Shown here: positions 60,977 through 64,000 of the stretch, in pieces
Layout of the letters: each line of letters begins with the position of its first letter
How positions within the stretch are numbered: the stretch's first letter is position 1
From: an uncultured Methanomicrobiales archaeon
GTDB taxonomy: Archaea > Halobacteriota > Methanomicrobia > Methanomicrobiales > Methanospirillaceae
Length of the DNA: 64,000 nucleotides
Assembly (NCBI GenBank): GCA_963758915.1
Contig: CAVWXH010000010.1
Coordinates: forward strand, 1 to 64,000
Reading direction: 5' to 3'
Position numbers and translations under genes: made by a program
The notes under the pieces: generated by a model
Told to the model about the DNA's origin: nothing
Databases searched by the model: none
Seen by the model: the letters and a program-made list of their open reading frames with translations, nothing else

Positions 60977-61627
60977 TCAGGCGCTATAGAACGTCACTCT
61001 TTTTCCTTTCTGGGCGTATTCCCCTTTAAAAGTTTCAATGTTACGCTTGTAACCCAGCCTGTCCGCGAACCCGAGGCTACGCAACTCTTCACGTACCCGC
61101 ATGACTTCTGCCTCGTCCTGCCAGTCGGCAGTATAGACATAGATCACTTTCATCTGGTCTCTTGAGTCTGGGTTAGGTTTTGCCGTGCTGACCTTGGCAG
61201 AGATCCCCAGAATATTTTCACATGTGGCGTCCCGAACCTTCCTCCACGCATCGTCAACCTGGTCCGGGGGGAGGAAAATGAGCCATTTCCCGGCAAGCTC
61301 GTCTTCAATTGCTTCAGGTGCAATTTCCGGGGCTTCCTGGATAATCCAGTACATCTGTGTCGTCCTGGACGGGACTACCCCCTCTCCCCCGGTTATCATC
61401 TCATATATCGGATCAATTCCCCCGTATTTCACCAGGAGAGCTTCGGCAAGCTGTGGGTACTCATCCCGGAACCGGGAAAAAAAAGCGATAAAATGGTCTT
61501 TGAAGTCGATGTTCTTTTCGACCAGCTGGAACAGGTAGTTCCTCTCCGCGCGGAGCTCTTTATTCAATGCCAGCTCGAAGAGTCCGTACGCCACATCAGC
61601 CAGTGCTTCAGGTTCGACTTCCGCCAT
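60977..61627 (-). CDS. DUF1917/BLES03-like protein with N-terminal helical extension
   Basis: 'GKWLIF', 'AKVST', 'VIYVYTADW', 'YK'. Confidence 0.75.
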   Translation of the reverse strand: MAEVEPEALADVAYGLFELALNKELRAERNYLFQLVEKNIDFKDHFIAFFSRFRDEYPQLAEALLVKYGGIDPIYEMITGGEGVVPSRTTQMYWIIQEAPEIAPEAIEDELAGKWLIFLPPDQVDDAWRKVRDATCENILGISAKVSTAKPNPDSRDQMKVIYVYTADWQDEAEVMRVREELRSLGFADRLGYKRNIETFKGEYAQKGKRVTFYSA

Positions 61628-61811
61628 GGTTATCCGTCCGATGTCGTGTGAAAAAAAGGTTCTGTTTGGTGTCTCATATATCCTTCCATCGGAGTCCCGT
61701 GATCCTATTAATACCGGGTCATCAGTTATGGGGGCAGTTCATCCGGATTCCGCGCGGTATTTTTGCCATTGTCGAATGTTTTAAGAGTAGCAGGGACAAC
61801 GTGTACAGGTT

Positions 61812-62693
61812 ATGAAATGGAAAAGAGACTGGGGTCTGACGAGCAGGGTCATATTAACCATGTTCCTGCTGTTTGTAGTATACCTGGTTTTCATTGCAGT
61901 ACTTCTGGCGCTGGGTATCTCAATGTCATTTATGATCCTTATCGTAGTGGTCATGGCATTTATCCAGTACTTCTTCTCAGATAAACTGGTACTCTGGTCG
62001 ACCGGTTCAAGGGTTATCCATGAAGATGAGTACCCGGAACTGCACCAGACCGTGGAAAAACTCTGTAAAGAGGCAGACCTGCCGAAACCAAGGATAGCGA
62101 TTATGCAGAGTCCCGTGCCCAATGCATTTGCTACCGGAAGGAGCCCTAAACATGCCGTTGTCGCCTGCACGGATTCCATCATGCGGCTGCTGTCAAAAGA
62201 TGAACTCGAAGCGGTGCTCGCACACGAACTGTCACATGTAAAAAACCGTGATGTCCTTACCATGACCATTGCCAGTTTTATTGCCATGCTTGCTGCAATA
62301 ATCATGCAGAATTTCCTCTTCGCATCGTTATTCAGCAGGCGCGGGGATGGTGCCGGGGCGTGGATTATCGCCGGAATTGTGGCGGCAGTTGTCTGGTTTA
62401 TCGCAACACTTCTCATGATGGCGCTTTCAAGGTACCGCGAGTTTGCGGCTGATCGGGGTAGCGCATATATCACGAATAACCCGCAGGCCCTGATATCTGC
62501 ACTGAAAAAAATCAGCGGGAGGATGGACGTTATCCCGCCCGAGGCGAAAGCAAAAATTGAAGGTTCGAATGCTTTCTTCATTATCCCAGCACTTTCCGGC
62601 AATAAGTTCCTGGAATTGTTCTCGACCCACCCACCACTTGAAAAACGAATCGCGAACCTTGAAATGGTAGAAGAAGAACTCAGATCCGCATAA
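61812..62693 (+). CDS. htpX: Zinc metalloprotease HtpX
   Basis: 'PNAFATG', 'AHELSH', 'SRYREFAAD', 'STHPP'. Confidence 0.96.
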   Translation: MKWKRDWGLTSRVILTMFLLFVVYLVFIAVLLALGISMSFMILIVVVMAFIQYFFSDKLVLWSTGSRVIHEDEYPELHQTVEKLCKEADLPKPRIAIMQSPVPNAFATGRSPKHAVVACTDSIMRLLSKDELEAVLAHELSHVKNRDVLTMTIASFIAMLAAIIMQNFLFASLFSRRGDGAGAWIIAGIVAAVVWFIATLLMMALSRYREFAADRGSAYITNNPQALISALKKISGRMDVIPPEAKAKIEGSNAFFIIPALSGNKFLELFSTHPPLEKRIANLEMVEEELRSA

Positions 62694-62888
62694 TTATTTT
62701 TACAATATCTCTTTTCCGGGAACTCATTACGGCAACAGTCCCGTGTCAGTTATGCCGGAGGCGGAAATCTCTCACTATCGTGGCACGGCCATATCCAAAA
62801 AATTAGAAGCACGTCCGGCTGGATTTTTCGTGAGCAGAACAAAAATAATAAAGGGGGTTACCTCAATAATAAGAAGGCACATTGATTC

Positions 62889-62959
62889 GCATCGATGGTC
62901 TAGAGGTATGACTTAGGCCTTCCAAGCCTATAGCCCGGGTTCGATTCCCGGTCGATGCA
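62889..62959 (+). tRNA. tRNA-Gly(TCC)
   Basis: Acceptor GCATCGA/TCGATGC; anticodon arm TAGGC-CTTCCAA-GCCTA; T arm CCGGG-TTCGATT-CCCGG. Confidence 0.95.
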
Positions 62960-62965
62960 TTTTCT

Positions 62966-63039
62966 GGGCTCGTGGTCTAGCTGGTTATGACGTCGCCTTC
63001 ACACGGCGAAGATCTCGTGTTCGAATCACGACGAGCCCA
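62966..63039 (+). tRNA. tRNA-Val(CAC)
   Basis: Acceptor GGGCTCG/CGAGCCC; anticodon arm TCGCC-TTCACAC-GGCGA; T arm TCGTG-TTCGAAT-CACGA. Confidence 0.95.
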
Positions 63040-63095
63040 TCCTGTTTTTTCGATAATGGAAAGTACAATGGTGTTTCCTGAAGTGTACTATACAA

Positions 63096-63974
63096 ATGGC
63101 TAATATTCATAAGGACAAAAACAACTTATTACCTATGGGTACCTGGCGATTATCACGAGCGGCAATCCTGGTGCTGGTTGTAGTGGTATCCCTTCAGCCG
63201 GTCATTGCTGATACCTCCTTTGAGGGGGCAGTATTACTGGCACAGAAAGGAGACCTCTCCTATAGCGCAGGCATGTATGCGGAGGCCCTGGCCGCCTACA
63301 CTGCCTCCGTTGAACAGGACCCCTATAACAGCATTGTCTGGAATAAACTCGGGATGACACAGGACCAGCTTGGCAATTACGCGGGTGCAGTGGATTCTTT
63401 TGATCATGCCATCAAACTAGACCCGTATTTTGGAAATGCATGGGTGAATAAGGGGGATGCGCTAAGAAATCTGGGTAAAACCGGGGATGCGATTGAGGTG
63501 TATGACCGTGCCATTGCAATTAACCCAAATGATCTCCGTGCTCTGGTCAACAGAGGGGAGAATCTGCAGGACCTGGGAAAGCAGGAAGAGGCACAGAAAG
63601 TCTTTAACGAAGTAATCAGGATATCAGACAAGGAAATCCGTTCACATCCCAATGATGCGAAATACGACGCCGGACTGTGGTCCTACAGGGCTATGGCATT
63701 CACGAAACTGGGAAGGTACAGGGAAGCTCTCCAGTCGTATGACCAGGCGCTGACGATAGACCCAAAGCATATTGACGCACTAAAAAACAAACAGGCACTC
63801 TTACGAACACTGGATTCGATTGGGAACGTATCATTACCACAACCTGTGCCAACGACAGGAACTGCGGGCCTGCGGCCGACCAAAAAACCAGCACCTTTAA
63901 TGCCTTATGTTCCGGCCCTTGGTGTCATTGTCCTGGCGGTCTGGTTTGGTTACGTTAAACGCCGGCATCCCTGA
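63096..63974 (+). CDS. Exported TPR-repeat protein with C-terminal membrane anchor
   Basis: Signal-like hydrophobic stretch, several TPR repeats ('AWVNKGDAL..LG'), P/T-rich linker, TM helix and KRR tail. Confidence 0.85.
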   Translation: MANIHKDKNNLLPMGTWRLSRAAILVLVVVVSLQPVIADTSFEGAVLLAQKGDLSYSAGMYAEALAAYTASVEQDPYNSIVWNKLGMTQDQLGNYAGAVDSFDHAIKLDPYFGNAWVNKGDALRNLGKTGDAIEVYDRAIAINPNDLRALVNRGENLQDLGKQEEAQKVFNEVIRISDKEIRSHPNDAKYDAGLWSYRAMAFTKLGRYREALQSYDQALTIDPKHIDALKNKQALLRTLDSIGNVSLPQPVPTTGTAGLRPTKKPAPLMPYVPALGVIVLAVWFGYVKRRHP

Positions 63975-64000
63975 AAAATAGTCTCGTTAACAATACAGGT

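Noticed and set aside
62889-64000. tRNA genes as an integration site
   Set aside because: No duplicated tRNA 3' end and no integrase within the window.
1-64000. CRISPR array or rRNA genes
   Set aside because: No regularly spaced repeats with spacers and no rRNA-like sequence were seen. Nearly all space is accounted for by CDSs.

Overview
Archaeal chromosome segment, most likely from a Methanomicrobiales methanogen (Methanoregula/Methanolinea-like; inferred from gene content and order). It is mostly core genes: hisG, sod, mevalonate cluster (HMGS-thiolase-DUF35, HMGR), ribK/ribB, RecQ, RPA pair, pyrF, dys, tiaS, thermosome, a four-subunit 2-oxoacid:ferredoxin oxidoreductase, truA, ribL, a DUF1998 helicase/exonuclease pair, SufCB, pcm, aglB, the eIF2g-PIN-rpoE'-spt4-S24e-S27ae-Kae1/Bud32-rdgB-L40e cluster, htpX, and tRNA-Gly and tRNA-Val. 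Three things stand out. (1) A family of non-coding MITE-like repeats (5 copies or remnants) with 14-bp terminal inverted repeats, 8-bp target duplications and a GC-rich core with conserved hairpins. (2) An accessory island at 3.4-6.1 kb where two toxin-antitoxin modules (wHTH-MNT/HEPN and HicBA) alternate with duplicated pieces of one GNAT gene. (3) A stand-alone Zn-finger protein carrying the glycyl-radical loop of class III ribonucleotide reductase. Several genes are split by single-base indels, mostly in homopolymers, which are probably sequencing errors. All calls come from reading motifs by eye; no database search was run.
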